The notes beneath the pieces were generated by a model, which saw nothing but the letters and a program-made list of their open reading frames with translations, did no database searches and was not told the origin of the DNA. Of a DNA stretch of 64,000 bases, positions 35,575 to 48,565 are shown one piece after another; within the stretch, counting starts at the first letter, position 1, and each line of letters starts with the position of its first letter. The translations under genes were made by a program, and so were the position numbers. The stretch is from NCBI GenBank assembly GCA_964016885.1, contig OZ024745.1:7936001-8000000 (forward strand). The letters are read 5' to 3'. The stretch is from Eledone cirrhosa (Eukaryota).

Positions 35575-36700
35575 TGGCAACAGGCCACTTTACCTGTCAG
35601 GTATGGCGGCTTTGGCCTCCGGTACCCGCCGATCTCACTGGCTTTGCCGGCGTTTCTTTCATCGGTAACCTCATGCCGCGTCCTCGTCAGCAGGGTTCTC
35701 CAAAACACAATAGAACCCTCTGTGTTCAGAGAACATGAGGCCGCCTGTAAGACGTGGGACCGGCTTGGACTTAGCCCAGTAGACGTCCCTCCCCCTTCTC
35801 CCTCTGCTGACGTCAAGTCCCCCCAAAGCACTTGGGATGCCATCCAGTGCAGCCTGGCTTCAGACATGCTCATGCGCCAGCTCGACCAGCACTGCCTTGC
35901 CTGTTTTCGCGCGGCCTCTAAACCCCGCAGTGGTGCCTGGCTCCATGTCCGGCCCTCCTTCTCCACTGGCACACAGCTAGATAACAATAGCCTGCGCACC
36001 GGCGTTTCCTTGAGGCTCGGCCTCCAGATCTGCGAGCCACACCAATGTCGCTGTGGTTCCACCGTGGACTCTTTCGGCCTCCACCCGCTTTCCTGTCGCC
36101 ACAGTGCCGGCTGCCTTCCACGCCATGCTGCCCTCAACGAGGTCATAAAGCATGGCTTGGACGCTGCAGGCTTCCCTTCCCAGCTCGAGCCGGTGGGGCT
36201 GAACCGAGGGAACGGCAAAAGGCCAGATGGCATAACCATCTTCCTGTTCCGCGGTGGCAAACCCCTCGTCTGGGATGCCACTTGCACCGACACTTTCTGC
36301 AGCCGCAACCTGGTGCAGTCTGCGGCTAACCCAGGTTCTGCTGCACGTCGGGCTGAGGGGGCCAAACTCCTCAAATACCGGTCGCTCTCCGACAGGTTTG
36401 CGGTCGTGCCCTTGGCAGTGGAGACTTCTGGTGTCCTCGGCCCTAGGGCTACCTCCCTACTCACCACCATAGGCGCTGAGTTGGCCAGCCGCAGGTGTGA
36501 GCCCCGCGAGTTCGAGTGGCTCTTCCAGCGCGTCCCCCTCGCCGTCGTCCGGGGAAACGCCTTCTCTATTATGTCCGCCGGGGCTGTGGGGAGACAAGCC
36601 GATCATATTACGAATTCTGTTGAGTAGTCTAAACAATTAAGAGTTCATTTTTTTGTCTTCTGTATGTCTGTGTCTGTGCTGTTGCTTAACTGAAATAAAT
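35575..36700 (+). mobile_element. 5'-truncated CRE-clade non-LTR retrotransposon
   Basis: GC-rich island; LPVRYGGFG at ~35590; AATAAA near 36695. Confidence 0.8.
35644..36627 (+). CDS. CRE-type C-terminal CCHC + restriction-like endonuclease (PD..D) fragment
   Basis: SGAWL..P, LRLG, CRCGSTVDSFGLHPLSC, RHAALN, KRPDG, LVWDATCTDT, PLAVETSG, VVRGNA. Confidence 0.8.
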   Translation: MPAFLSSVTSCRVLVSRVLQNTIEPSVFREHEAACKTWDRLGLSPVDVPPPSPSADVKSPQSTWDAIQCSLASDMLMRQLDQHCLACFRAASKPRSGAWLHVRPSFSTGTQLDNNSLRTGVSLRLGLQICEPHQCRCGSTVDSFGLHPLSCRHSAGCLPRHAALNEVIKHGLDAAGFPSQLEPVGLNRGNGKRPDGITIFLFRGGKPLVWDATCTDTFCSRNLVQSAANPGSAARRAEGAKLLKYRSLSDRFAVVPLAVETSGVLGPRATSLLTTIGAELASRRCEPREFEWLFQRVPLAVVRGNAFSIMSAGAVGRQADHITNSVE

Positions 36701-37302
36701 CTGCCGACGCTACTAGGGTTTCATACTAATTTTCTTGTAGTTGTAAGCTTGGTTTTGAAAAAAAAAATCTTGTTACTACTATTCCAATAACTACAAGTCT
36801 GTAGCACGTGATCTAGTGTGACCAATGAAAATAATGAATGAGACATCATAGAGTGACTTCTCATACAATCCTGTCTGCCATTTATTTCCACCTCAAAGAT
36901 TGCATCGAACAAGAAACTTCAGGTTGTGAAGGAATTAATCACAGACACGTGTACGCACTACAATATTCCATATTTACTAAATGTCTTCTGCTGCTTCTAT
37001 AATAAACTTAGATTGCGGTGCCCCAGCACGGCCTCGGACTGCCGGCTAGAAAAAGAAGAAAAGAGTAGATATTGTTACGGTAATACTTTCTCTGGCGATG
37101 ACTACCACATAATTTCGATTACTTCCCTTGAGCAGTGATTAAGGAATATATTGAGACGTCTTTCGATCATTTTCCACTACAAATGTTGCCCTTTTTTTAT
37201 AACTCCAAACAACTAAAGTCTTTCAAATCGGCTAGTATTGTGTTTTTATATCTATAGACATATATCTATACACACCACACATATGCACGTACACACACAT
37301 AT

Positions 37303-37378
<76 letters not shown>

Positions 37379-37689
37379 CCACACATACATACGCCCACAC
37401 ATATATACGCCCACACATACATATAGATTGAACAATGGACCAGAAAAGGTAGAAAATGGAATGTGGTAGAAACTGAGAATATTTTTTAACCTGCTGATCA
37501 CTTGATGAAATATAAATATAAAGCATGATGTGCTCATGCGCAGAGATGCAATAAAATAGTTTATAAAATAGGGTGAAGACCCTTAAAGAAAGGTGTTGTC
37601 ATCGAGGAATCGAACCGGATATCTCCCGGATGCTGGCTAGGTACCATTAAGCCAAGGAACTGTGACAACTCTCACCGTTTTAAATTAGC

Positions 37690-38190
37690 TTAATCACAGC
37701 TTTATTTTATCTACAAACAATATGTACACGTGGAGGGTTTTCCGAGATTTTACGAAGCGCTGAAGGGATAAAGTTAATATAAAGAATGGTGTGCTTGTGC
37801 GCGGAGATGTTATTAAATAACGTTTCGTCGCACTTGTGGCCTTCTTCAGAATATTGAGAAAGAATGGAGAAGTGAGACGGTGAAACATGAAAACAAGAAG
37901 AGATAACCTGTGATTGGTGACAGGGATGAAGGAGAGGGTGGCGAGAGAGTAGAATGCAATGAAGGAACACAATGCTAGAAATAGTTAACAAAGTGTGCTG
38001 TGAAGTAATAGACATGAGGGTGGCATTTATAACTATTTTCGAACTCAATTTAGTGTTGATGTGAATATCGAAATATAGTAAAATTGTGGCAAGATGATAT
38101 CTTCGATTATGTGGAGAGTGTGTGGAGTTGTTACATCGAAGAGGCATCAATAATTTGGCTGAGTTAAACCATCGCGAAACAAGGGATTAA
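37690..38190 (-). mobile_element. Old Penelope-like 3' remnant with hammerhead-like motif (37812-37856)
   Basis: Minus strand CTGAAGA-AGGCCACAAGTGCGAC-GAAACGTT; upstream PLVSRWFNS resembles the GIY-YIG C-terminal motif. Confidence 0.45.
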
Positions 38191-38269
38191 TTAACTACTT
38201 CAACTTATTTTGTTTTTCTTATTCCGTCAATGTTTAACATTATATATATATATACGTATGGGAATGTAA

Positions 38270-38470
38270 TGAGCCTCCACCGATTGCGACGATGGGTGTT
38301 CCAGTTAGACGATCAACGGAACACGCTGCTCATGAAATGAACGTGTGAATGGTTGAGCATTCGACCTGCACGTGTAGACCTAACGTCAGGGAGACACAGC
38401 CTGACACAATACAAGGCCGGCTCTTTCAAACACTGATACAGTCGGACTGAATCCGGGTGCAACTGGTTGC
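38270..38470 (+). mobile_element. Interspersed SINE-like repeat
   Basis: Similar to 16640-16755 and 18410-18485. Confidence 0.55.
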
Positions 38471-38560
38471 AAAACGAACTACTTATAATTCGGCACTGCT
38501 GCATCTATACACAAACACCTAGGCACACAGATACACACGTACACACACACAGACCCCTCC

Positions 38561-38621
<61 letters not shown>

Positions 38622-38625
38622 ATAC

Positions 38626-38656
<31 letters not shown>

Positions 38657-39398
38657 CAATATATATGAAATACCAATGATCGTTGGCAAATCACTAATGA
38701 GGGACTCATTTTATAACATGTTATCCATGTGCAACCATGCAGTATTCTTCTCCCCATATTTTTATATATATATATATATATATTTATATACAATATACAT
38801 ATATATATATATATATATCGGGTTTCTTTCTAATCAAATCAATGATTCCCGTTTTCACACGTAATGACAAAGTCTGTTAGTTAAGACAAGCTTTTCAAAA
38901 GCTCCAAATGATTAATTCGGCTTTTATAAACTAGTTCAATGGTTGAACCGTGGGAATATGTTAACACCGTATATATTTACACACACGCACACGCACGCAC
39001 ACACATACACATATAAACACACATACACACATACATTTACACACACACACACATATAAATATATATATATATACATATAATAAATGGAAGATAAACAAGA
39101 AAAGAGAATGAAAGAAAGGTCAGCAGTTGATTGAAGTGGGTAATTGTTTCCTGGGATCAAACGAGCAAGATCTTGTCGCAAGAATGAAATGACTGTCATA
39201 TTATCCTGTTGCAAATATTGAAATATATATTAATTAAAACAGACATCTTATATAATCACTTTGAAGTATATGCGGCGCCGCGCACAAATACAACAGTTTT
39301 GCTGCGTTGTTGCGTTGCTGCAAACTATACAACTGCACTGAAAGGCGTGGACGCAACAGCTTATATAAATATATGTGAGTGTATGTGTGTGTGTGTAC

Positions 39399-39432
<34 letters not shown>

Positions 39433-39552
39433 AAGAGGAAAGCGAATAAACATCTGTCTAGTAAAGCCAGTGAACACATCTTGGGAGATTACCGCCTGAT
39501 GCAGTTGATTTCAAGCATAAACAGGCGCATGGAGTTGAAACGACACAATATC

Positions 39553-41161
<1,609 letters not shown>

Positions 41162-42028
41162 TTGTTGAATCTGCCGTACAGATCGATACTGGAGTTGCGT
41201 CCATAACTTCTATGGTTAACCTTGAGCCAATAGTCTGCGAAACTGATAGAGACACACAAAAACCTAAATCTATGTAAACGTATCTTCATCCTTTTTCTTA
41301 GTATATACACCCTGTGTATGCATCGAGTTCTCATAATGGTACCAGTAATTCACTGAGTCACATACATTGGTGAACAAGTCTGAATTTTCTAGAAGGAAGA
41401 TCAACAAAATGAAATATTCACACATGCTAAACAAGAAGTTAGCAATTGAAAAAAGGTGAAGTCGTTTTGACTGAGAATTTATGTCGCATCGCAGAACTTA
41501 CCAGGCTTTGGAGAACTTACTAGGCTTTGGAGAGGAGAGTCCATTGGATGTAGATATGTAATATCAGTAGTCAGTAGGATCCATGGTGTTCGGTTTCTTT
41601 TAATAGTGCTAATAGAATTGTTCTTTTTCCTCAAGACGTATTTCGTAGCTTGGAAGCAACGATTGAAGAAATCTGCCCTCGTATTTAGGTGGTGTTACAG
41701 TTCTTTTTGTCTAAATATAAGGGCAGATTTCACATTTTTTTTTATAATTGATTTCACGTATGTTGTATCTGTATGTTAATGTTTAGTTTCTATTCTGATA
41801 TTAAAAAAGCTTTTTGTTTTGTAATTCTCTATATAATTCCAGTATCAATAAATGTAGTCCTATCAAATGTTTTTGTATGTACTTTGTTGTAAGTGCATGG
41901 TTAATCAACTAGAAACTTCCGTACTTGTGTGACCGCTCTAACACACGAAATGAAGTTCTTGTTTACATTGAAATGTCTATATCACATTGGTTAATTGCAG
42001 AGTTGGTTTATTATTTTGGTATGTTTTA

Positions 42029-42240
42029 ATGGTGGTGGATTGGCAGTATCGGTAGAGCGTCGGGGGAACATGCTTTGCGGTATATAGTTACGTCCCTATA
42101 CATTCTCTGTTCAAATCCTGTAGCCTTTCATCCTTACCTTGTTGATCAAATAAAGTACCAGTAATGCACTGGCATCGATTTAATCGACTTTCCCCTTCCA
42201 CAAAATTGTTGGCCTTGTGCCTAAATCAGAAACAATTATT
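42029..42240 (+). mobile_element. tRNA-like SINE
   Basis: Head GGTGGTGGATTGGCAGTATCGGTAGAG and core GCCTTTCATCC..AAATAAAGTACCAG. Confidence 0.75.
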
Positions 42241-42317
42241 TTGGAATGTTTTAGTGTATTCTATGTTTTTTGTGGCTAGGATCGAAGCCGGTTTTGTTTT
42301 ATGAGTTTTCTTATGAT

Positions 42318-42422
42318 GTGTTCATTCATGTACCAGGGTACATTTGGTTCTTGTGTTCATCCATGTACCAGGGTACATTTGGTTCTTGTGTTCATCCATG
42401 TACCAGGGTACATTTGGTTCTT
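42318..42422. repeat. 35-bp minisatellite, 3 copies
   Basis: Unit GTGTTCATCCATGTACCAGGGTACATTTGGTTCTT. Confidence 0.85.
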
Positions 42423-42947
42423 ATAAGATTGTTGTTTCTGTTGTCTTATTGTGGTTAGTGTTCTTATATTGTCCTATGGTCTACTAATGTGTTGTTAACT
42501 CCACGTGTGTGTGTTAATGTTAATATATGTATCAGTGTGTACCTGCAGATATGAATGTACGAGGGTAGAGTCCTTACCTAGTCTCTACATCTTTCTCTCC
42601 CCTTTTTCTATCTCTCTATATATGTGTATGTGTGTGTGTGTGTGTATGTATATGCATACATGTATGTGTGTGTGCATATATATATATATATATTTCACAC
42701 GCGAGGTTTCTACATCTGAATCTTCATTAGAATTAGAATTTAAACGCTCTGAGTTTACGTATAGGCTTTTTGTGTAAACAGAAGTGCTGTTAGTCCTAGT
42801 TCCGACCTTTAAGAAATAAGTGGTATTCTGGAGAGAGTATAGGTTGGTGTGATTAAGGTGGAAGGTGAGATGGAATCTGGAGATCATTGTTTAAGGGACC
42901 GTGTTGTTAATCACAGTATCGGTCACAACAAATATATCGTTGAAGTA

Positions 42948-42988
<41 letters not shown>

Positions 42989-43039
42989 GTGTGTATGTAT
43001 GTAAGTATGTATGTGTGTGTGTATGTGTGTATGTTATCT

Positions 43040-43603
43040 CTTTCTCTTAATTTCGAGTATATTTTTTTGACCGGCCACCTTCCTGGAGGCAAGGTTGTAA
43101 AAGAAAAGAAATTGTCATCCCTTGAATCGCAAGAATGTTTTGCAAATTTTGAAGGTGCCAGCTATCGCAGCCATTTGTAGACTATGAATTAGGGAGCTGC
43201 GCTTTTTGTCCGCAAATCCTAGTTCAGTCATACTTTGGTCCAAGCGGGTTGGTTATAATACCCGTAGCTCCAATAATGATGGGTTTGAAGCTAAAGGTGT
43301 ACCTTGGATACTGGATTTGTAAACTCCTCATCAATGGTCCGTAGATGTCCCCCTTCTCCTGTATTTTTCTGACAACGTTTACATCAAGTGGGCAGCTGAT
43401 CTCCACAACATAACACGTTTTCAATATGTGGTCCCAAACAACAATATCAGGCCGGTTGTGCTTTAATTTGGTGGCAGTTTTTATTTTCAGGTTCCACCAG
43501 TATTCCTTAGTGCCATCTGTCTCAATATATTCTTCCTCGTTTGTTGTTAATTTTGTTTTCCGAAGTGCGTTCCAGATGGTTTTAGCTATCCCATCGTGTC
43601 TCA
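43040..43603 (-). mobile_element. R4/Dong-like non-LTR 3' fragment (restriction-like endonuclease)
   Basis: RHDGIAK...WWNLKIKT...HNRPDIVVWD...VVEISCPLDVN...EK..IY..L...PIIIGATG; embedded in TG/TATG microsatellites. Confidence 0.75.
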
Positions 43604-43789
43604 TGTACACACTTACATACACATATACATACTTATGTATGTATGTATGTATGTATGTATGTATGTATGTATGTATGTATGTATGTATGTATGTATGTAT
43701 GTATGTATGTATGTATGTATGTATGTATGTATGTATGTATGTATGTATGCATGTATGTATGTATGTATGTATGTATGTATGTATGTATG

Positions 43790-43820
<31 letters not shown>

Positions 43821-43877
43821 GTGTGTATGTGTGTGTGTATGTATGTATGTATGTATGTATGTATGTATGTATGTATG

Positions 43878-43910
<33 letters not shown>

Positions 43911-44145
43911 GTGTATGTAAGTGTGTAAGTATGTAAGTGTGTAAGTATGTAAGTGTGTATGAAAGTGTGTATATGTATGTAAGTGTGTATGTGTATGTAA
44001 GTGTGTATGCGCATGTAAGTGTGTATGTGTAGGCGACTATCTACATTCTGATGAATATTTAGTAGACCGCCGATATTTCCCACAGTAAACGTCTGTTTTA
44101 GATCAAAGGAGCTTTTGTGTTATGTTTGTGTCAACCCATATCTGT

Positions 44146-46386
44146 TGTACAGTCTTTTGCGTGAGGTTTATGGACCGTCTTCTTCTCTGGTGACACCGCT
44201 TCGCAGCAAGGATGGCAAAGAACTTCTTCGTGACTCACAAGGAATTCTACGAAGATGGCGAGAGCACTTTGATGATCTTTTCAATCAGCCGTCTGTCATC
44301 ATGGAAGATTTCCTCAATCTCATTCACTCTTTGCAACATCTTCACTCTTTGTTTGGCAGGATATGGGCTAATGAATCCGTACCTGAGGACTGGAGAGATG
44401 CAGTAATGGTCTTGTACAAGGGAAAGGGTAACAGGAATGATTGAGGAAACTACAGAGGTATATCATTGCTTTCTGTCGTAGGGAAAGTTTTATGTAGGGT
44501 GCTTCTGGACCGTCTGCTGACACACGTTGCAGATTGTGTTCTTCCTGAGAGTCAATCTGGTTTTCGTGCTGGACGCGGCACTACTGATATGATCTTCTCA
44601 GCTAGACAGCCCCAGGAGAAGTGCATGGAACATGGCTTGGATCTGTATCAGGTTTTTGTCGATCTGACAAAAGCTTTCGATACTGTTAACAGAGATGCAT
44701 TATGGAAGGTTCTCCAGAAACTTGGTTGCTCTGATAAGTTCCTTGCTTTAGTTAGGTCTTTCCATGACGACATGAAGGCTTGGGTTAATGTCGGAGGTAA
44801 CATGTCGATGCCTATCTCAGTAAAAAATGGAGTGAAACAGGGGGATATTCCAGCACCGACCCTGTTTGCCATATACTTTGCAATGGTTTTCTGTATTGCA
44901 TTCAGGAATTGCGAGCATGGTGTTTACATCCGATATCGAACCTCAGGCCGCATATTTAACATCAGGCGCTTTGCTGCGAAGACAAAAGTATTTACATCAA
45001 TCATAAGAGACCTCTTGTATGCAGATGATTGCGATCTTGTAGCGCACACAGAGAGTGATATGCAGCACATTTTGAATGCATTTTCTGACGCTTTCACTGC
45101 CCTAGGATTGACTGTCAGTCTCAAGAAAACCGTCGTCATGTACCAACCTGCCCCTGGTAAGCAGTACACTGAATCAAATATCTATGTGTATGGTAAACGA
45201 CTTGGAGTGGTTGATCAGTTTGTCTACCTGGGAAGCACTGTCAATCGATACGGCAACCTTTACAGTGAAATCTCACTTAGGATTAGGAAAGCAAGTGATG
45301 CTTTCGGAAAGCTAGAAAGGCGACTCTGGGGTCGGCGAGACATATGCAGGAGGACAAAGGTAAAGGTGTACAGGGCATGTGTGCTCACTTGTCTTCTTTA
45401 TGCCTGCGAGACTTGGATCACATATCGACACCACCTTAAGCAAATGGAGCGTTTCCATCAGATGTGTCTCAGACGGATCCATGGCATTCACTGGAGGGAC
45501 CACATCAGTGATGTCGAGATTTTGGAAAGCTCTATGTGTGACAGTATAGAAGCTCTTGTGCTTAAGCAACGACTCCGTTGGAGTGGTCACCTTGCCAGGA
45601 TGAAGGATTCTAGAATACCAAAACAAATCTTTTATGGAGAGTTAGTTAAAGGAAAACGACCGCCACATAAACCAAAAAAGAGGTATAAGGATTCCTTGAA
45701 AGCCTCTCTGAAAGACGCTAACATCTCTGCTGATACATGGGAGAATATTGCTGCTGATCGTAATAAATGGAGAAAGACTGTATATGAGGGAAAAGTTGCC
45801 TTTGAGGCATCTCGAATGGCATACGAGAAAGTAAAGCGGGATGTGAGGAAGGGCATTGCTGTTGCACTTCCAGACGGTGAGGGTCCTCCTATGGTGCTGA
45901 CATGCAGCGTCTGTGTGAGACTCTGCCTAAGCAAAGCTGGACTCGAAAGTCATCTTCGCAGTCATAATGTAAGACCAGTGGTTGACTACCAGGCTGCTGT
46001 TGGAGATGCTACTCATCATGCTTGCCAAACATGTGGTAGAGAATGTAAATCAGCAGGAGGGCTCAAGCGACATGCAAAAGTACACGAACTCCAACCACAG
46101 CCGACTATTCCCAGTGAATGTTTTGGTTGTCGACTCTGTGCAAGACATTTTAGATCATTGGCTGGGATGAAAAGCCACATTCGATCACAGCGCTGTTAGT
46201 TGCTATCGTGTGTGTGTGTGTGTGTGTGTGTATAGATATGTTTATGTATGTGCGTGTATGGGTATATATATATGTATATGTATATTATTATTGTTGTTGT
46301 TATTATTATTGTTGTTATTATTATTATTGTTATTAATGTATATGTGTGTGTGTATATATGTGTGTGTATGTATGTATATGTATGTG

Positions 46387-46422
<36 letters not shown>

Positions 46423-46540
46423 TATTTCTTTTTTTTATTTTTATTTTATTTTTTATTTATTTATTAATTTTTTTATTATTATTATTTTTTTTTTTTCTCC
46501 TCGTGCAATGGCCATACTCGATAACGAGGGGGCAGCCATC
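44146..46540 (+). mobile_element. 5'-truncated RTE-like LINE (family B) with long flanking direct repeat
   Basis: ORF pieces 44115-44444 and 44466-46199; 3' end GGCCATACTCGATAACGAGGGGGCAGCCATC. Confidence 0.92.
44466..46199 (+). CDS. RT with three C-terminal C2H2-like zinc fingers (no endonuclease, upstream stop)
   Basis: LPESQSGFR, FVDLTKAFD, GVKQG, LYADD; CSVC..H..SH, CQTC..H..VH, CRLC..HIRSQRC. Confidence 0.85.
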   Translation: MLSVVGKVLCRVLLDRLLTHVADCVLPESQSGFRAGRGTTDMIFSARQPQEKCMEHGLDLYQVFVDLTKAFDTVNRDALWKVLQKLGCSDKFLALVRSFHDDMKAWVNVGGNMSMPISVKNGVKQGDIPAPTLFAIYFAMVFCIAFRNCEHGVYIRYRTSGRIFNIRRFAAKTKVFTSIIRDLLYADDCDLVAHTESDMQHILNAFSDAFTALGLTVSLKKTVVMYQPAPGKQYTESNIYVYGKRLGVVDQFVYLGSTVNRYGNLYSEISLRIRKASDAFGKLERRLWGRRDICRRTKVKVYRACVLTCLLYACETWITYRHHLKQMERFHQMCLRRIHGIHWRDHISDVEILESSMCDSIEALVLKQRLRWSGHLARMKDSRIPKQIFYGELVKGKRPPHKPKKRYKDSLKASLKDANISADTWENIAADRNKWRKTVYEGKVAFEASRMAYEKVKRDVRKGIAVALPDGEGPPMVLTCSVCVRLCLSKAGLESHLRSHNVRPVVDYQAAVGDATHHACQTCGRECKSAGGLKRHAKVHELQPQPTIPSECFGCRLCARHFRSLAGMKSHIRSQRC

Positions 46541-46561
46541 GTGTATGTATGTAAGTGTGTA

Positions 46562-46592
<31 letters not shown>

Positions 46593-47156
46593 AAATGTGT
46601 ATGTAAGTGTGTAAGTATGTAAGTCTGTATGTGTGTGTGTATGTATGTATGTAAGTGTGTGTAAGGGTGTGTGTGTATGTGTATGTGTGTATGTATGTGT
46701 GTATGTATGTGTGTATGTAAGTGTGTATGTATGTGTGTATGTAAGTGTTTATGTGTGTATTCAAGTGTGTATGTGTGTATGTATGTATGTAAGTATGTAT
46801 GTGTGTATGTATGTAAGTGTGTATGTATGTAAGTGTGTATGTATTTAAGTGTGTATGTATGTATGTGTGTATATGTATGTAAGTGTGTATGTAAGTGTGT
46901 ATATGTATGAAAGTGTGTATGTGTATGTAAGTGTGTATGTAAGTGTGTATGTGTATGTAAGTGTGTATGCGTATGTAAGTGTGTATGTGTAGGCGACTAT
47001 CTACATTCTGATGAATATTTAGTAGACCGCCGATATTTCCCACAGTAAACGTCTGTTTTAGATCAAAGGAGCTTTTGTGTTATGTTTGTGTCAACCCATA
47101 TCTGTATGTGTGAGTGGAGAATTATGTATATAATTATATATATATAAATATTTCCT

Positions 47157-47190
<34 letters not shown>

Positions 47191-47376
47191 ACGAGGGAAA
47201 TGTGGTACGGAACCAGATGGACCATAACGCACCAAAGTTCTCAATACTTAGGGTAGTAGAGTGGGTAATAGGAAAGAGTAGGACCCCGACGGATGAGCTC
47301 AAGCCGTTTCGACGGCTAATTCTGGATAGAATTAGCCGTCGAAACGGCTTGAGCTCAGCCGTCAAACCTACTCGTT

Positions 47377-47380
<4 letters not shown>
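47191..47380. mobile_element. Fold-back hairpin element, copy 1
   Basis: Arms ~47269-47323 and 47328-47380; related copy at 48010-48223. Confidence 0.7.
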
Positions 47381-47422
<42 letters not shown>

Positions 47423-47479
47423 CAATGTATATATAAATAATTATATATACAATGATTATATAAATATATATATATATAT

Positions 47480-47890
47480 GGTGGCTGCCAACTCGTTTTC
47501 GAGTACGGCCACTACTTTATATCCATGTAGGAGAATCCCTACCGATGCGCTGAACGAGTGTGACTTTTTAGTCCAGCCAGCGACTTGAAAACTCTGGTAC
47601 AAACACTACACTTGCGACAATTATTGACACATAGTGCTGGGCCCATGGTACCATGTGACGACAAATGCAGAGAGATCTCCAAATATAAAGCAATGCCTGT
47701 GCCGTGAAGCTTTTATAGTGAGCAAAGGCATTGCACAAAGCCAGTCCCACTCTCTTAACCAAGATGATATTTACCAAAAAGAAGAACAAGTCAACATCAT
47801 TGGATACCATCAGGGTTGCAGGTGTTATATCAGAGTTTTCCTTCTCCTAGAATTCTGCCTTGACAAAGGCTAAGGGGTCATCTCTCCCGG
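47480..47890 (-). mobile_element. Short non-autonomous RTE-related element, copy 3
   Basis: Near-identical to 29670-30079. Confidence 0.85.
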
Positions 47891-48009
47891 ATATATATAT
47901 ATATATATATATACATACACACACATACATATACATATCAATATCAATATATATGTATATATATATGAATATATATTCATATATATACGTAATATATATA
48001 TATATATAT

Positions 48010-48219
48010 AACAAAGGAATTGTGGTAAGGAACCAGATGGACCATAACGCACCAGAGTACTCAATACTTAGGGTAGTAGAGTCGGTAATAGGAAAATGTT
48101 TGACCCCGACGGCAGAGCTCAAGCCGTTTCGATGGCTATTTCTGGACTAAATTCAGTCCAGAATTTAACCCAGAAATAGCCGTTGTAACGGCTTGAGCTC
48201 TGCTGTCGGAGTCAAACAT

Positions 48220-48223
<4 letters not shown>
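48010..48223. mobile_element. Fold-back hairpin element, copy 2
   Basis: Arms span ~48092-48223, with a different apex from copy 1. Confidence 0.7.
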
Positions 48224-48274
<51 letters not shown>

Positions 48275-48364
48275 TAGAAGTTATCGGTTGGGAATTCACA
48301 GTGAATTTCCAACCGATAAGGTATGATTTTCATGGGTATGTCTCTATTTATAAAACAAACTTTG

Positions 48365-48429
48365 TATTTTATCTGATGAAAGCGTACCAATGTTGTCTTG
48401 GTTGCCCTTGAAATATATATAATAAAATA
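48365..48429 (+). ncRNA. Type I hammerhead ribozyme motif
   Basis: TATTTTAT-CTGATGA-AAGCGTACCAA..TTGGTTGCCCTT-GAAA-TATATAT-A-ATAAAATA: 8-bp stem I, palindromic stem III. Confidence 0.75.
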
Positions 48430-48468
48430 AATATGGTTTTATAAATATAGTTTCCATTTATTTAATAT

Positions 48469-48565
<97 letters not shown>

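Noticed and set aside
35520-36470. 316-aa minus-strand ORF
   Set aside because: Antisense shadow of the GC-rich CRE ORF
37597-37660. tRNA-like sequence on the minus strand (TGGCTTAATGG ... GGTTCGATTCC)
   Set aside because: A and B boxes are present but no complete cloverleaf could be built; at most a SINE head or tRNA relic
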